Of a DNA stretch of 64,000 nucleotides, positions 48,616 through 57,866 are shown piece after piece. The notes under the pieces are model-generated. The model searched no databases, was not told where the DNA came from, and saw only the letters and a program-made list of their open reading frames with translations. Numbering within the stretch: position 1 is the first letter of the stretch; each line of letters begins with the position of its first letter. A program made the position numbers and the translations under genes. Origin of the DNA: Chloroflexota bacterium (GTDB lineage: Bacteria > Chloroflexota > Limnocylindria > Limnocylindrales > CSP1-4); NCBI GenBank assembly GCA_021789435.1, contig JAJYJO010000005.1:2521-66520 (forward strand). Reading direction: 5' to 3'.

Positions 48616-49607
48616 AGATTGCGCTCCTCGGGGCGGGCCGGATCGGCCAGCTCCACGCCCGGATCCTGGCCGCCGAGATCGGTGGGCCGGACCTGATCAT
48701 CGCCGACGTGGATGCCGAGCGGGCCCGGGCGGCGGCGGAGGAGAGCGGCGCGCGCTCCGCGACGATCGAGGAGGCGCTGGGGGCGGCCGACGCGCTGGTG
48801 ATCGCCGCCGGGACCGACGCCCACGCCGCCCTCATCGAGGCGGGCACCGAGCGGCGCCTGCCGATCTTCTGCGAGAAGCCCCTGGCCAGGACGATGGCGG
48901 AGAGCCGCCACGTCGTCGAGATGGTCGAGGCGGCCGGCGTCCAGCTGCAGGTGGGGTTCCAGCGCCGCTTCGACCCCGGCTACCGCGAGGCCCGGCGGCT
49001 GATCGCCAGCGGGGAGCTCGGGACGGTCTACGCGCTCCGTCTGGCCGGCCACGATCCGGCACCGCCCCACGAGGCCTACATCCCGGTCTCCGGCGGCCTC
49101 TTCCGGGACTTCTCGATCCACGATTTCGACGTGGTCCGCTGGCTGACGGGCGTCGAGGTGGACGAGGTCTACGCCGTCGGCTCGGTCCGCGGCTTCCCGG
49201 TCTTCGCCAAGTACGGCGACGTGGACACGGCGGTCGCCACCCTCCGGCTGAGCAACGGGGCGCTGGCCGCCATGACCGTCGCCCGTCACGACCCGCTGGG
49301 CTACGACGTCCGGACCGAGATCTTCGGCTCGCTCGACAGCGTGAGCGTCGGCCTTGGGCCCCGGATGCCCCTGCGGTCTGTCGAACCGGGTGTCCCACCG
49401 CCGGCCGGGCCGGCCTGGGAGGGCTTCCTGGTTCGCTTCGCCGATGCCTACCGGAACGAGATCATCGAGTTCCTGCGGGTCGCGCGCGGCGAGATCGAGA
49501 GCCCGTGCACAGGACGCGACGGGATCGCGGCGCTGCGGATTGCGGAGGCGGCTACGCTTTCCGTCAGCGAGCATCGCCCGGTCCGCGTCGCGGAAATCGC
49601 CGGCTGA
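48612..49607 (+). CDS. iolG: Gfo/Idh/MocA-family inositol 2-dehydrogenase
   Basis: MKIALLGAGRIG, FCEKPLA. ATGA overlap with iolE. Sits in iol context. Confidence 0.7.
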   Translation: MKIALLGAGRIGQLHARILAAEIGGPDLIIADVDAERARAAAEESGARSATIEEALGAADALVIAAGTDAHAALIEAGTERRLPIFCEKPLARTMAESRHVVEMVEAAGVQLQVGFQRRFDPGYREARRLIASGELGTVYALRLAGHDPAPPHEAYIPVSGGLFRDFSIHDFDVVRWLTGVEVDEVYAVGSVRGFPVFAKYGDVDTAVATLRLSNGALAAMTVARHDPLGYDVRTEIFGSLDSVSVGLGPRMPLRSVEPGVPPPAGPAWEGFLVRFADAYRNEIIEFLRVARGEIESPCTGRDGIAALRIAEAATLSVSEHRPVRVAEIAG

Positions 49608-49676
49608 GCCGCTCAACGGTCGGCCGCCGGGAGCCCTCGCGGTCGACCTGCACGGGAAGGAGGAGCCCGACCGCCG

Positions 49677-50732
49677 ATGCCGGCCACCATCGCCGACGTC
49701 GCGCGCCGCGCCGGCGTCTCCACGGCGACCGTCAGCCGGATCCTCTCCGGCGCGGCGACGTCGCCGCCGGGCACGGTCGCGCGCGTCCGGGCGGCGGCGA
49801 CGGACCTCGACTACCGGCCGTCGGGCATCGCCCGTTCGCTCAAGCTGCGCCGGACGCGCACGATCGGCCTGATCGTCACCGACATCGAGAACCCGTTCTT
49901 CCCGGAGATGGTCCGCGCCGTCGACGAGGCGGCCGGCGACCTCGGCAACACGATCCTGCTCGGCAACGCCGGTGGGGACCCGCAGCGGGAGGAGCGTTAC
50001 CTGGACCTGCTGGTGGAGCGGCGCGTCGATGGGATCATCGTCGCCGTCAGCCGCTTCACGGAGCATCACGGGGCCTGGCTCGCCCGGGCGCCCGTCCCGA
50101 TCGTGCTGATCAACAGCGAGTCGGACGACCCGCGAGTCCCCTCGATCGTCAGCGACAACCGCCAGGGCGGGCGCCTCGCAGCAGAGCACCTGCTGAGCCT
50201 GGGCCACAGCCGGATCGGCATCCTGGCCGGGCCGGCGTCCCACGCCGCAACGGCGCCCCGTCTCGAGGGGATCCGCGAGGCGCTCTCGGCGGCCGGCCTG
50301 GACCCGGCCGCCGTGCCGACCGTTCACGGCGACGGCGAGGTGGCCGGGGGCGAGCGCGCGGCGGCCGAGCTGCGAGCGCTGGATCCCGCCCCTACCGGGC
50401 TTCTCTGCCACAACGACCTGACGGCGATCGGCGCCGTCCGGCACCTCCTGCGGTCCGGCCTGCGGGTCCCCGCCGACGTGAGCGTGGTCGGGTTCGACGA
50501 TGTGGCCGCGGCGGCCTGGATCCATCCGGGCCTGACCACGATCACCCAGCGCAAGGCCGAGATGGGCCGCTGGGCGGTCGACCGGCTGGTCGAGCTGATC
50601 CAGGGCCGGCCGGCGAGCGACCCTCGGCAGGTCCACCTGCCCGTCCTCCTGACCGTCCGCGAATCGACGGCGCCCCCGCCGGGTGTCGGCCCTACGGCCG
50701 GCGTCAGCGCAGCCGGCGCCTCGACAGACTAG
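49677..50732 (+). CDS. LacI-family transcriptional regulator
   Basis: ATIADVARRAGVSTATVSRILSG HTH plus a periplasmic-binding-fold core. Confidence 0.85.
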   Translation: MPATIADVARRAGVSTATVSRILSGAATSPPGTVARVRAAATDLDYRPSGIARSLKLRRTRTIGLIVTDIENPFFPEMVRAVDEAAGDLGNTILLGNAGGDPQREERYLDLLVERRVDGIIVAVSRFTEHHGAWLARAPVPIVLINSESDDPRVPSIVSDNRQGGRLAAEHLLSLGHSRIGILAGPASHAATAPRLEGIREALSAAGLDPAAVPTVHGDGEVAGGERAAAELRALDPAPTGLLCHNDLTAIGAVRHLLRSGLRVPADVSVVGFDDVAAAAWIHPGLTTITQRKAEMGRWAVDRLVELIQGRPASDPRQVHLPVLLTVRESTAPPPGVGPTAGVSAAGASTD

Positions 50733-50748
50733 ACTCGGGGTCAGCGGC

Positions 50749-50760
50749 GTAATCGATTAC
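50749..50760. promoter_or_regulatory. Perfect 12-bp palindrome GTAATCGATTAC (LacI-type operator) 12 nt upstream of iolB
   Basis: Read directly. It lies between the lacI stop (50732) and the iolB ATG (50772). Confidence 0.55.
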
Positions 50761-50771
50761 GGGAGGCCGGC

Positions 50772-51635
50772 ATGACCGACGAAGGGACGGAGCGCGCGAC
50801 GGATCGCCCGGCGACGGGCCTGCTGCGCCGGCCGTCGGCGCCGGACGACCAGGGGGCGGTGCTGCGGATCACGCCGGTGGACGCCGGCTGGTCCTACGTC
50901 TCGCTGGCGGTCCATCGCCTGGGGCCGGGGATCGTCGCCCGCCGGCCGGCCGACGACCAGGAGGTGCTGGTGCTCGTCCTGGAGGGCAGCGCAACGGTCC
51001 GGGCGGGCGACCGGACTTTCGACGGGGTGGGGTCTCGGGCAAGCGTCTTCGACGGCCCGCCCGCCGGCCAGGTGCTCGTCGCGCCCGGATCCGCGGTGGA
51101 GGTCGCCTCCGACGGGACGGCGCTCGTCGTGATCGCCGCCGCTCCCGGCGGAGAGCGGCGGGTCACCCGCCGGATCGAGCCGGAGGAGGTCTTCGTCGAG
51201 TCGCGGGGGAGCGGGGACATGGCCCGCCGCGTTCTCCACCTGCTCGACACGACCGCCGACGCCGGACGCCTGATCGCCTTCGAGGTCTTCACCCCGGCGG
51301 GCAACTGGTCGAGCTATCCGCCCCACAAGCACGACACGGAGGACCCACCCCGCGAGGCCTACCTGGAGGAGGTCTACTACTATCGATTCACCCGGCCCAC
51401 CGGCTTCGCCTTCCAGCGGGTCTACACCCCGGACCGCGCCCTCGACGAGACCGTCACGGCCGGCGACGGCGAGCTGATCCTGGTGCCGCGCGGCTACCAC
51501 GTGGTGGGCGCGGCGGCCGGCTACGAGACCTACTACCTGAACGTGATGGCCGGCCCGAACCGGGCCTGGTTCTTCACGGTCGATCCGGACCACGCCTGGC
51601 TGATGGACTGGGACCCGAACCGGCCGCGCGGCTGA
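50772..51635 (+). CDS. iolB: 5-deoxy-glucuronate isomerase
   Basis: Cupin with SSYPPHKHD, EEVYYYRF, VPRGYHVV. Confidence 0.8.
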   Translation: MTDEGTERATDRPATGLLRRPSAPDDQGAVLRITPVDAGWSYVSLAVHRLGPGIVARRPADDQEVLVLVLEGSATVRAGDRTFDGVGSRASVFDGPPAGQVLVAPGSAVEVASDGTALVVIAAAPGGERRVTRRIEPEEVFVESRGSGDMARRVLHLLDTTADAGRLIAFEVFTPAGNWSSYPPHKHDTEDPPREAYLEEVYYYRFTRPTGFAFQRVYTPDRALDETVTAGDGELILVPRGYHVVGAAAGYETYYLNVMAGPNRAWFFTVDPDHAWLMDWDPNRPRG

Positions 51636-51664
51636 ACCCGGTCCTGAGGACGGAGAACGAGCGC

Positions 51665-52750
51665 ATGGACAGCACTAAGAGCCCACTGCTCCGGATGGTC
51701 GAAACGACGCCGACCGACTACTGGAACGACTCCTGCGCGGTGGACGAGCTCGAGTACGCCATCGCCCGCGGCGCGACCGGGGCGACGACGAACCCCCAGA
51801 TCGTCCTCGACGTGCTCAAGAAGGAGCCCGAGCACTGGAAGGCGCGGGCCCGCGAGCTCTACGCCGCCTGCCCGATCTGGTCGGAGGCCGACATCACCTG
51901 GGCCATCGTGGAGGAGCTGGCTGTCCGCGGGGCGAAGATGCTCCAGCCCGTCTTCGAGCGGACCGCGGGCGCCAAAGGCCGGCTCTCGATCCAGACCAAC
52001 CCGACGCTCTACCGGGACACCCCGGCGATGGTCGAGCAGGGCCTCCACTTCGCGGGCCTCGCTCCCAACATGCAGGTCAAGTTCCCGGTCACGGCCGCCG
52101 GCCTGGCGGCGATCGAGGAGGCGACCTACCGGGGCGTGAACATCAACGCCACGGTCTCCTTCACCGTGCCGCAGGCGCTGGCCGTGGGGGCGGCCGTCGA
52201 GCGGGCCCTGGAGCGGCGGGCGGCCGAGGGCCTTGACACCGCTTCGCTGCACCCGGTCTGCACGATCATGATCGGCCGGCTCGACGACTGGCTGAAGGCG
52301 ATCTGCGACCGGGACGACATCGTCGTCACACCGGGCTACACCGACTGGGCCGGGGTGGCCGCCTTCAAGCGGGCCTACGGGATCTACCGGGAGCGGGGCT
52401 ACCGGACGCGGCTGCTGGCCGCCGCCTACCGCAACCACCTCCACTGGTCGCAGCTGATCGGCGGCGACGTGATCCTGACGCTGCCCCATCTCTGGCAGGT
52501 CCGCTTCAACGGTTCCGCGGTGGAGGTGAAGAAGCGGATTGACGACCCGGTGGAGCCGGCCGTCGTCGCCGAGCTCACCGCGCGGATCCGGGACTTCGGC
52601 CGGGCCTACGAGCCGGACGGGCTGACGCCGGCCGAGTTCGACACGTTCGGCGCCAGTGTCCGGACGCTTCGCACCTTCATCAAGGCCTACCACGACCTCC
52701 AGGGCACCATCCGCGATTTCGTGCTGCCGGACCCCGACAGGAGGGGGTAG
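51665..52750 (+). CDS. tal: Transaldolase-family (class I aldolase fold) protein
   Basis: TPTDYWNDSC, GATGATTNPQIV, NMQVKFPVTAAG (Schiff-base Lys context). Confidence 0.7.
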   Translation: MDSTKSPLLRMVETTPTDYWNDSCAVDELEYAIARGATGATTNPQIVLDVLKKEPEHWKARARELYAACPIWSEADITWAIVEELAVRGAKMLQPVFERTAGAKGRLSIQTNPTLYRDTPAMVEQGLHFAGLAPNMQVKFPVTAAGLAAIEEATYRGVNINATVSFTVPQALAVGAAVERALERRAAEGLDTASLHPVCTIMIGRLDDWLKAICDRDDIVVTPGYTDWAGVAAFKRAYGIYRERGYRTRLLAAAYRNHLHWSQLIGGDVILTLPHLWQVRFNGSAVEVKKRIDDPVEPAVVAELTARIRDFGRAYEPDGLTPAEFDTFGASVRTLRTFIKAYHDLQGTIRDFVLPDPDRRG

Positions 52751-52869
52751 TCGCGGCTGGCGGCCGCGGGTCAGCCGAGATGGCGGAACCCGACACGACG
52801 CCCGTCAGGCACCGCCTTCAGCACGTCAACGTGGCAGCTGGAACCGACGGCAGGCAGCGTGGTGTGGGC

Positions 52870-52974
52870 TTCGGGGCGAGCGTCCGGACCCTGCGCTCCT
52901 TCGCCAAGGCCTACCAGGACCTCCAGGGCACCATCCGCGATTTCGTGCTGCCGGACCCCGGGCGGAAGGGATAG
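52870..52974 (+). pseudogene. Duplicated 3' fragment of the transaldolase gene (105 bp, includes a 43-nt identical run and its own stop)
   Basis: 52870-52974 aligns without gaps to 52646-52750. FGASVRTLRSFAKAYQDLQGTIRDFVLPDPGRKG compares with FGASVRTLRTFIKAYHDLQGTIRDFVLPDPDRRG. The upstream part of ORF 52780..52974 has no tal similarity. Confidence 0.7.
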
Positions 52975-52994
52975 TCGCCGCCGGCGGCCGTGGC

Positions 52995-53630
52995 TCAGCC
53001 CAGCGTCGCCCGGGTCGCGGCGGCGAGGTCCCTGCGGCCCTCCGCCTCGAGGCCGGCGGCGACGCCCGCCCGGTCGGCCGTCGAGCGGTTCTGGCCGAGC
53101 TTGAACTTGGCCTCGATGCGTTCGATCGCCACCTCCACGCCCACGATCTCCCGGAGCTGCCCGGCAACATACTCCGGCGGCGCGTCGTCGACGGACCAGG
53201 GCTCCCGGCGTGAAGCTTCGTGGTAGACCGTGAGCCGGCGGACGAGCGCCTCCACCCACGCCGGGTCGTCATGGACGACCAGCCGGCCGTAGATGTGGGC
53301 CGTGATGTAGTTCCAGGTCGGGACCACGCGACCGTGTTCGCGCTTCGTGGCGTACCAGGAAGGCGTCACGTAGGCATCGGGACCCCGCACGATCACAAGC
53401 GCCTCCCCCAGGGCCGGCTCGCGCCAGTGCTCGTTGTTGCGGGCGACGTGGCCGACGAGCGCGCCGTGCTCGCCTGCCTCCGGCCGGCTGCCCGGCGGGT
53501 CGTAGAGCAGCGGGAGCATCGTCGCCAGCAGGCCGCGTGGCGTCGCGGTGACCAGGTCGGCTGCGCCCATCTTGAGGAGCAGCTCCCGGACGGCCGCGTC
53601 GTCGGGCTTGAAGTGGGCGGGGACGTACAC
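52995..53630 (-). CDS. paiB: FMN-binding negative transcriptional regulator PaiB-like
   Basis: GTG at 53630 gives VYVPAHFKPDD. GHVARNNEHW, YVTPSWY, VPTWNY, KFKLGQNR. Confidence 0.75.
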   Translation of the reverse strand: MYVPAHFKPDDAAVRELLLKMGAADLVTATPRGLLATMLPLLYDPPGSRPEAGEHGALVGHVARNNEHWREPALGEALVIVRGPDAYVTPSWYATKREHGRVVPTWNYITAHIYGRLVVHDDPAWVEALVRRLTVYHEASRREPWSVDDAPPEYVAGQLREIVGVEVAIERIEAKFKLGQNRSTADRAGVAAGLEAEGRRDLAAATRATLG

Positions 53631-53730
53631 CTGGCTGGTCTCCCGGGGGTGAAGGCGTCCCCGGAGTATAGGGCGGCCGCCCGGAGCGGCCCCGAGCCGA
53701 TCAGCGGCGGACTTGGCGCGCGTCGCTCCC

Positions 53731-54621
53731 TCAGCCGCCTCCACCGGCTTCGTGAGCGAGCGTCTCGGCGACCTCCTGGAGAGCGGGTTGCCCCGCGCCG
53801 ATCTGCTGCAGCTCATGGCTGAGCTCCGCGAGCTCCTGGCCACCCGCCATCATCTGGGTGAGATCCTCGATGCTGATCTCGTCCTTGGTGAAGTTGCCGA
53901 CGAGCTGGCCCCGCTTGAGGAGCACGAACCGGTCGCCGACCGGATAGGCGTGGTGGGGGTTGTGGGTGATCAGGATCACCCCGCGACCCAGGTCCCTCGC
54001 CTGGATCACGTACTTGAGGACGATGCCGGACTGGCGGACACCCAGCGCCGAGGTCGGCTCGTCGAGGATGAGGACCCGAGCCCCGAAGTAGACGGCCCGG
54101 GCGATGGCCAACGCCTGTCGCTCGCCACCGGAAAGCGTTCCCACCATCTGGTCAGGGTCCTGGATGTCGATCCCCATCTTGCGCAGTTCGAGCTTCATCG
54201 CCTCCCTGGCGTGCCGCATCCTCAACCAGCGAACGGGCCCGACGCCCCCGCTGGGCTCCTGCCCCAGGAAGAAGTTGCGCCAGATCGACATCAGGGGGAT
54301 GAGGGCCAGGTCCTGGAAGACGATCGCGATCCCGTGGCTGCGCGCCGCCCGCGGGCCGCCGAAGTGGATGGGCTGGCCATCGACCAGCAGCTCGCCGGCA
54401 TCCGGCGGGAAGACACCGGAGAGGATCTTGACGAGGGTCGACTTGCCGGCGCCGTTGTCGCCGAGCACGCACGTCACTTCGCCGGGGTGCACCTCCAGGG
54501 AGACATCGCTCAGGGCGACGACGCTTCCGAAGTGCTTGCTGATGTTGCGAACCTCGAGGAACGGGGTACGTGCCTCGCCGATCGGCTGGCCGCTGCCGGC
54601 CGGCGATCCAATGGCGCTCAT
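53731..54621 (-). CDS. Sugar ABC transporter ATP-binding protein (single NBD)
   Basis: [32 protein letters not shown] overlap with the permease gene. Confidence 0.85.
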   Translation of the reverse strand: MSAIGSPAGSGQPIGEARTPFLEVRNISKHFGSVVALSDVSLEVHPGEVTCVLGDNGAGKSTLVKILSGVFPPDAGELLVDGQPIHFGGPRAARSHGIAIVFQDLALIPLMSIWRNFFLGQEPSGGVGPVRWLRMRHAREAMKLELRKMGIDIQDPDQMVGTLSGGERQALAIARAVYFGARVLILDEPTSALGVRQSGIVLKYVIQARDLGRGVILITHNPHHAYPVGDRFVLLKRGQLVGNFTKDEISIEDLTQMMAGGQELAELSHELQQIGAGQPALQEVAETLAHEAGGGG

Positions 54622-55706
54622 GACCGTGCACTCTGTGCCCGGCGGTAGACCAACACGTTCACCATGACCCCGAGCAGGAGCAGGGCACCGAGGAAGGTGA
54701 AGCCCCACTGGCTCGGCCATCCGGCGTAGATGACGCCCTGGAGGGACATCCCGATCATGGCGGCGCCGATGCTGGCGCCGACGGCCGAACCGAAGCCTCC
54801 GGTCAGCAGGCAGCCGCCGACCACGGCGGCGACGATGTAGTACAGCTCGTAGCCGACGCCCTGCTCGGCCACGGCCGACAGACCCTGCGTGAACTGGATG
54901 GTCCCGACCAGCCAGGCGGAGACGGCGGTGCCCACGAAGAGGAGGACCTTGGTCCGGTCCACGGGCACCCCGACGCTGCGGGCGGCACTGGCGTCCCCGC
55001 CGGTCGCGAAGATCCAGTTGCCGAACGTGGTGCGAGTGAGCAGCCAGGTGCCGAGGATGGTGACGCCGATCCACCACAGGACGGCGATCGGGTAGGACGG
55101 GTTGCTGCCGAAGCTCCCCCCGAAGATGGCCCGGGCGGTGTCAACTCCACCGGGATGGCCGAGCACCGTGACCACGGTGCTGTTGGCGTTCAGCGCCTCT
55201 ACCATCCCGACGCTGGCGCCGCGCAGGATGAAGAAGGTCGCCAAGGTGACGATAAAGCTGTTCAGTCGCGTCTTGATCACGAGGAATCCGTTGATCAGCC
55301 CGACCAGGACGGCGAAGACCAGGGCGCCCGCGATGCACGCCCAGATGTTCCAGTGCAGCTCGTTGGCGAGAAGGGCGGAGGTGATCGCGGTGGCCCCCGT
55401 CATGACCCCCGCGGAGAGATCGAACTCGCCGCCGATCATCAAGAGGCCAACCGGGACCGCCACGATCCCGAACTGCCACGACTGGCTCAGCCAGCCCACC
55501 AGGCCCGCCTGCGAAAGCCAGAGGGCGTGGGCAGTCGGGTTGAGGGCGAACAGCAGGAAGATGACGACCGCCCCGATGGTGGCTCCCACCTCCGGCCGTC
55601 GCAGCAGGCGGGTCACCGCGCGTGCGCCGACCACCCGCTCTTCGACTCGGCCCTCGGGCGGGCCCGCTCCCCCCGTCCGGGTCTCCACAGTCATGGCACC
55701 GCTCAC
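54618..55706 (-). CDS. Sugar ABC transporter permease (RbsC/XylH-type)
   Basis: About 10 TM; typical BPD_transp_2-like blocks ([22 protein letters not shown]). Confidence 0.8.
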   Translation of the reverse strand: MSGAMTVETRTGGAGPPEGRVEERVVGARAVTRLLRRPEVGATIGAVVIFLLFALNPTAHALWLSQAGLVGWLSQSWQFGIVAVPVGLLMIGGEFDLSAGVMTGATAITSALLANELHWNIWACIAGALVFAVLVGLINGFLVIKTRLNSFIVTLATFFILRGASVGMVEALNANSTVVTVLGHPGGVDTARAIFGGSFGSNPSYPIAVLWWIGVTILGTWLLTRTTFGNWIFATGGDASAARSVGVPVDRTKVLLFVGTAVSAWLVGTIQFTQGLSAVAEQGVGYELYYIVAAVVGGCLLTGGFGSAVGASIGAAMIGMSLQGVIYAGWPSQWGFTFLGALLLLGVMVNVLVYRRAQSARS

Positions 55707-55793
55707 ATTCTCAATGCGCTTGCCCGGAGGCGCCGGGCCGGACGTTGCCGCCCGGCCCGGCGCCTCCTCATGCTGTGCCTTCGGGCCGGCCGA

Positions 55794-56846
55794 CTACTCC
55801 CCGGCAGCCGCCCCGGCCGCGGCCTGGGCCGCGTTGTTCTTGTCGATGATGAAGGGACCAGTGGGCACGGTGGTTCCGCCACCCACGCTGACGCCGTGAT
55901 GCGCCTTGTAGAGGTACAGGAAAACCACGGGCAGGTAGCCCTGGAGGTACTGCTGCTGATCGATGACGAAGTCGACCTTGCCGCTCTCGACCGCGGACAC
56001 GTCCCACGAGTTGAGGTCGAAGGTGGCCACCTTGACCGTGCTACCGCTCGGAAGGGCCGTCACCACTCCCTGGGCGATGGCGTTGTTGAGCGTCATCACC
56101 GCGTTGATCTGTGGATTGGCCTGCAGATAGGCCATGACCACCTGAGCCGCCGCCGACGGGTTCGAGGCCGCGTTGGGGACGGTCAGGGTCAGTTCGGTGC
56201 AGCCCGGTCCGGATTTGGGGGGAGTCCCCGTGGAGCAGGTGCTGCCCGTGCCCAGCCCCTGGGCGATTCCGTTGCAGCGGTCGAGGAGGTTCTGGCCGCT
56301 CTGGTGGATGACGCAGAGGATGTTGGAGGCGCCCTCGCTCATGAACCGCGCGCCGGCCTTCTGCCCGGCCAGAGTCTCGGGCTGGCCCACGCAGGTCATC
56401 GCGTGCGAAGCCGTGATGTCGGCATCGTCGCATCCGGCGTTGGCGAGGACGACCGGAATGCCCGCGGCCACCGCGGACGCGATGGTCGGGTTCATCAGGC
56501 TCGCGTTGTGGTCGGTGACCACGATGCCATCGACCTTGGCGTTGATGGCGTTCTGGATCTGGGCGTTCTCGGCGTTGTCGTCCGGCTCCGCCTGGCCCTG
56601 CTGCTGTGAGCCGTAGACCTCGGTCAGGGTGCAGCCGAGCTTGCTGGCCCCGTCCCTGGCGCCCTTGTAGAAGACACTCCAGAAGCTGCCGTTGTCCCCG
56701 TGCGTGATCACGGCGAACTTGTAGGGACAGCTGTTGTCGCTGGTGCCGCTGCCTGTCGCCGAGGCACTCGGTGTGGTTGAGCTACCGCAGGCACTGACCA
56801 GCAGCGCGACGATGGCGATGGCGCCCGTGAACCATGTTCGTCTCAT
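55794..56846 (-). CDS. Sugar ABC transporter substrate-binding lipoprotein (type I periplasmic binding fold)
   Basis: Lipobox LLVSAC. FAVITHGDNGSFW, DGIVVTD. AGGGAG RBS. Confidence 0.8.
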   Translation of the reverse strand: MRRTWFTGAIAIVALLVSACGSSTTPSASATGSGTSDNSCPYKFAVITHGDNGSFWSVFYKGARDGASKLGCTLTEVYGSQQQGQAEPDDNAENAQIQNAINAKVDGIVVTDHNASLMNPTIASAVAAGIPVVLANAGCDDADITASHAMTCVGQPETLAGQKAGARFMSEGASNILCVIHQSGQNLLDRCNGIAQGLGTGSTCSTGTPPKSGPGCTELTLTVPNAASNPSAAAQVVMAYLQANPQINAVMTLNNAIAQGVVTALPSGSTVKVATFDLNSWDVSAVESGKVDFVIDQQQYLQGYLPVVFLYLYKAHHGVSVGGGTTVPTGPFIIDKNNAAQAAAGAAAGE

Positions 56847-57657
56847 CTGTTCGGCTCCCTGTTACCCGACCTTCGTGGACCGCCGGCCCTCACTCGAAGA
56901 ACCCCACGTCGGCCACGACTTGGCGGCGGTCGATGAACGGACGCGACGATCGCAATCGCCGCGCCGCTTGCCCCTGGCTTCGGAACCTCAACACTCCTAC
57001 TCAGGATCGGGCGGCGCGCCGGCGGCGCGGCCCCGTCGACGATATCCGATCAGACAATGCCCAACCGGAGTCAGCCCTTCGAGAGCAGTCGTTTCCTCCT
57101 TTCCGGATGCTGGTGAGTCTCCCGCCGTGCCGCGGTGCGCCGGACTGACAGAGCGGCGTCCTCGTGCTCCGCGTCTCGGTCGGCCGTCAGCTCTTCCGTC
57201 ATGCCACTGGCCCGAGCGCGACCGGAACCGGCCGCTCAGGCCAGTCGTCGCGGATCCCGGCGACGGATGGGTCGGTGAACCCGGTCACCGGTTTCGGGTC
57301 GCCGGCGGGGAGTCGCGGTCGCGGCGGGCGTCCGCGTCACGTGCGCCGGCGCCCGCGTTGCAGCCCTCGTGGAAGAGACCGAGGTCGGGTCGCCTGCTGC
57401 GATCGGCGTCCGGGCCGCATGCGACCGACCACCTCAGCGCCCACGCCACCACCTCCGCCGTGACCTCGTCACCTGCACCAGCCGGCCTGAGAAAAGGTCC
57501 GCCTCGCCGGCGACGGCGAGCCGGAGCGTGCACGGGTGCCTCCCATCGTACGGGCGTAAGCCTGCCGGTCGCCCTGACCATCGGCTGCCCAGCCTCTGTT
57601 TCCTCCGAACATGGCCTGGGCTCGGTCCACCCGGACACCGCGGATCCCGGGACCCGT

Positions 57658-57709
57658 GCAACCGATTACAAGCCTAGCATTGACCCTCTCGGATGGGCAA
57701 GACTATGAT
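57658..57709 (+). promoter_or_regulatory. Operator-like site GCAACCGATTAC (10/12 to the iol palindrome) followed by promoter candidate TTGACC-18-TATGAT
   Basis: Site at 57658-57669, -35 at 57680-57685, -10 at 57704-57709, about 160 nt upstream of the ADH gene. Confidence 0.35.
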
Positions 57710-57866
57710 CGTTCGGGCCTGCAGGGCAGGACGTGTCGGTGGGGCCGCGGCCCGTTTGCCGCGGCCCGTTGGCCGCGCTCTGGTGGCGTGAGAGCTGCGC
57801 ACGCGACAGCGTGGCCACGCGGCTGACCGTCGGGAGCGGACTCGGGCTGGCCCAGAGGGGTGGCGA

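Noticed and set aside
47732-50752. 1006-aa plus-strand ORF overlapping iolE, iolG and lacI in another frame.
   Set aside because: It is an out-of-frame read-through of three well-supported genes, and its composition (Arg/Pro/Gly) is not protein-like.
52780-52974. Independent 64-aa gene.
   Set aside because: Only its last 35 codons are protein-like, and these duplicate the tal C-terminus. The N-terminal part has no coding signature. It is treated as a duplication remnant.
57285-57638. 117-aa minus-strand ORF in the 1-kb gap.
   Set aside because: The coding signal is patchy and switches frame downstream. It is more consistent with a decayed gene fragment than an intact CDS.
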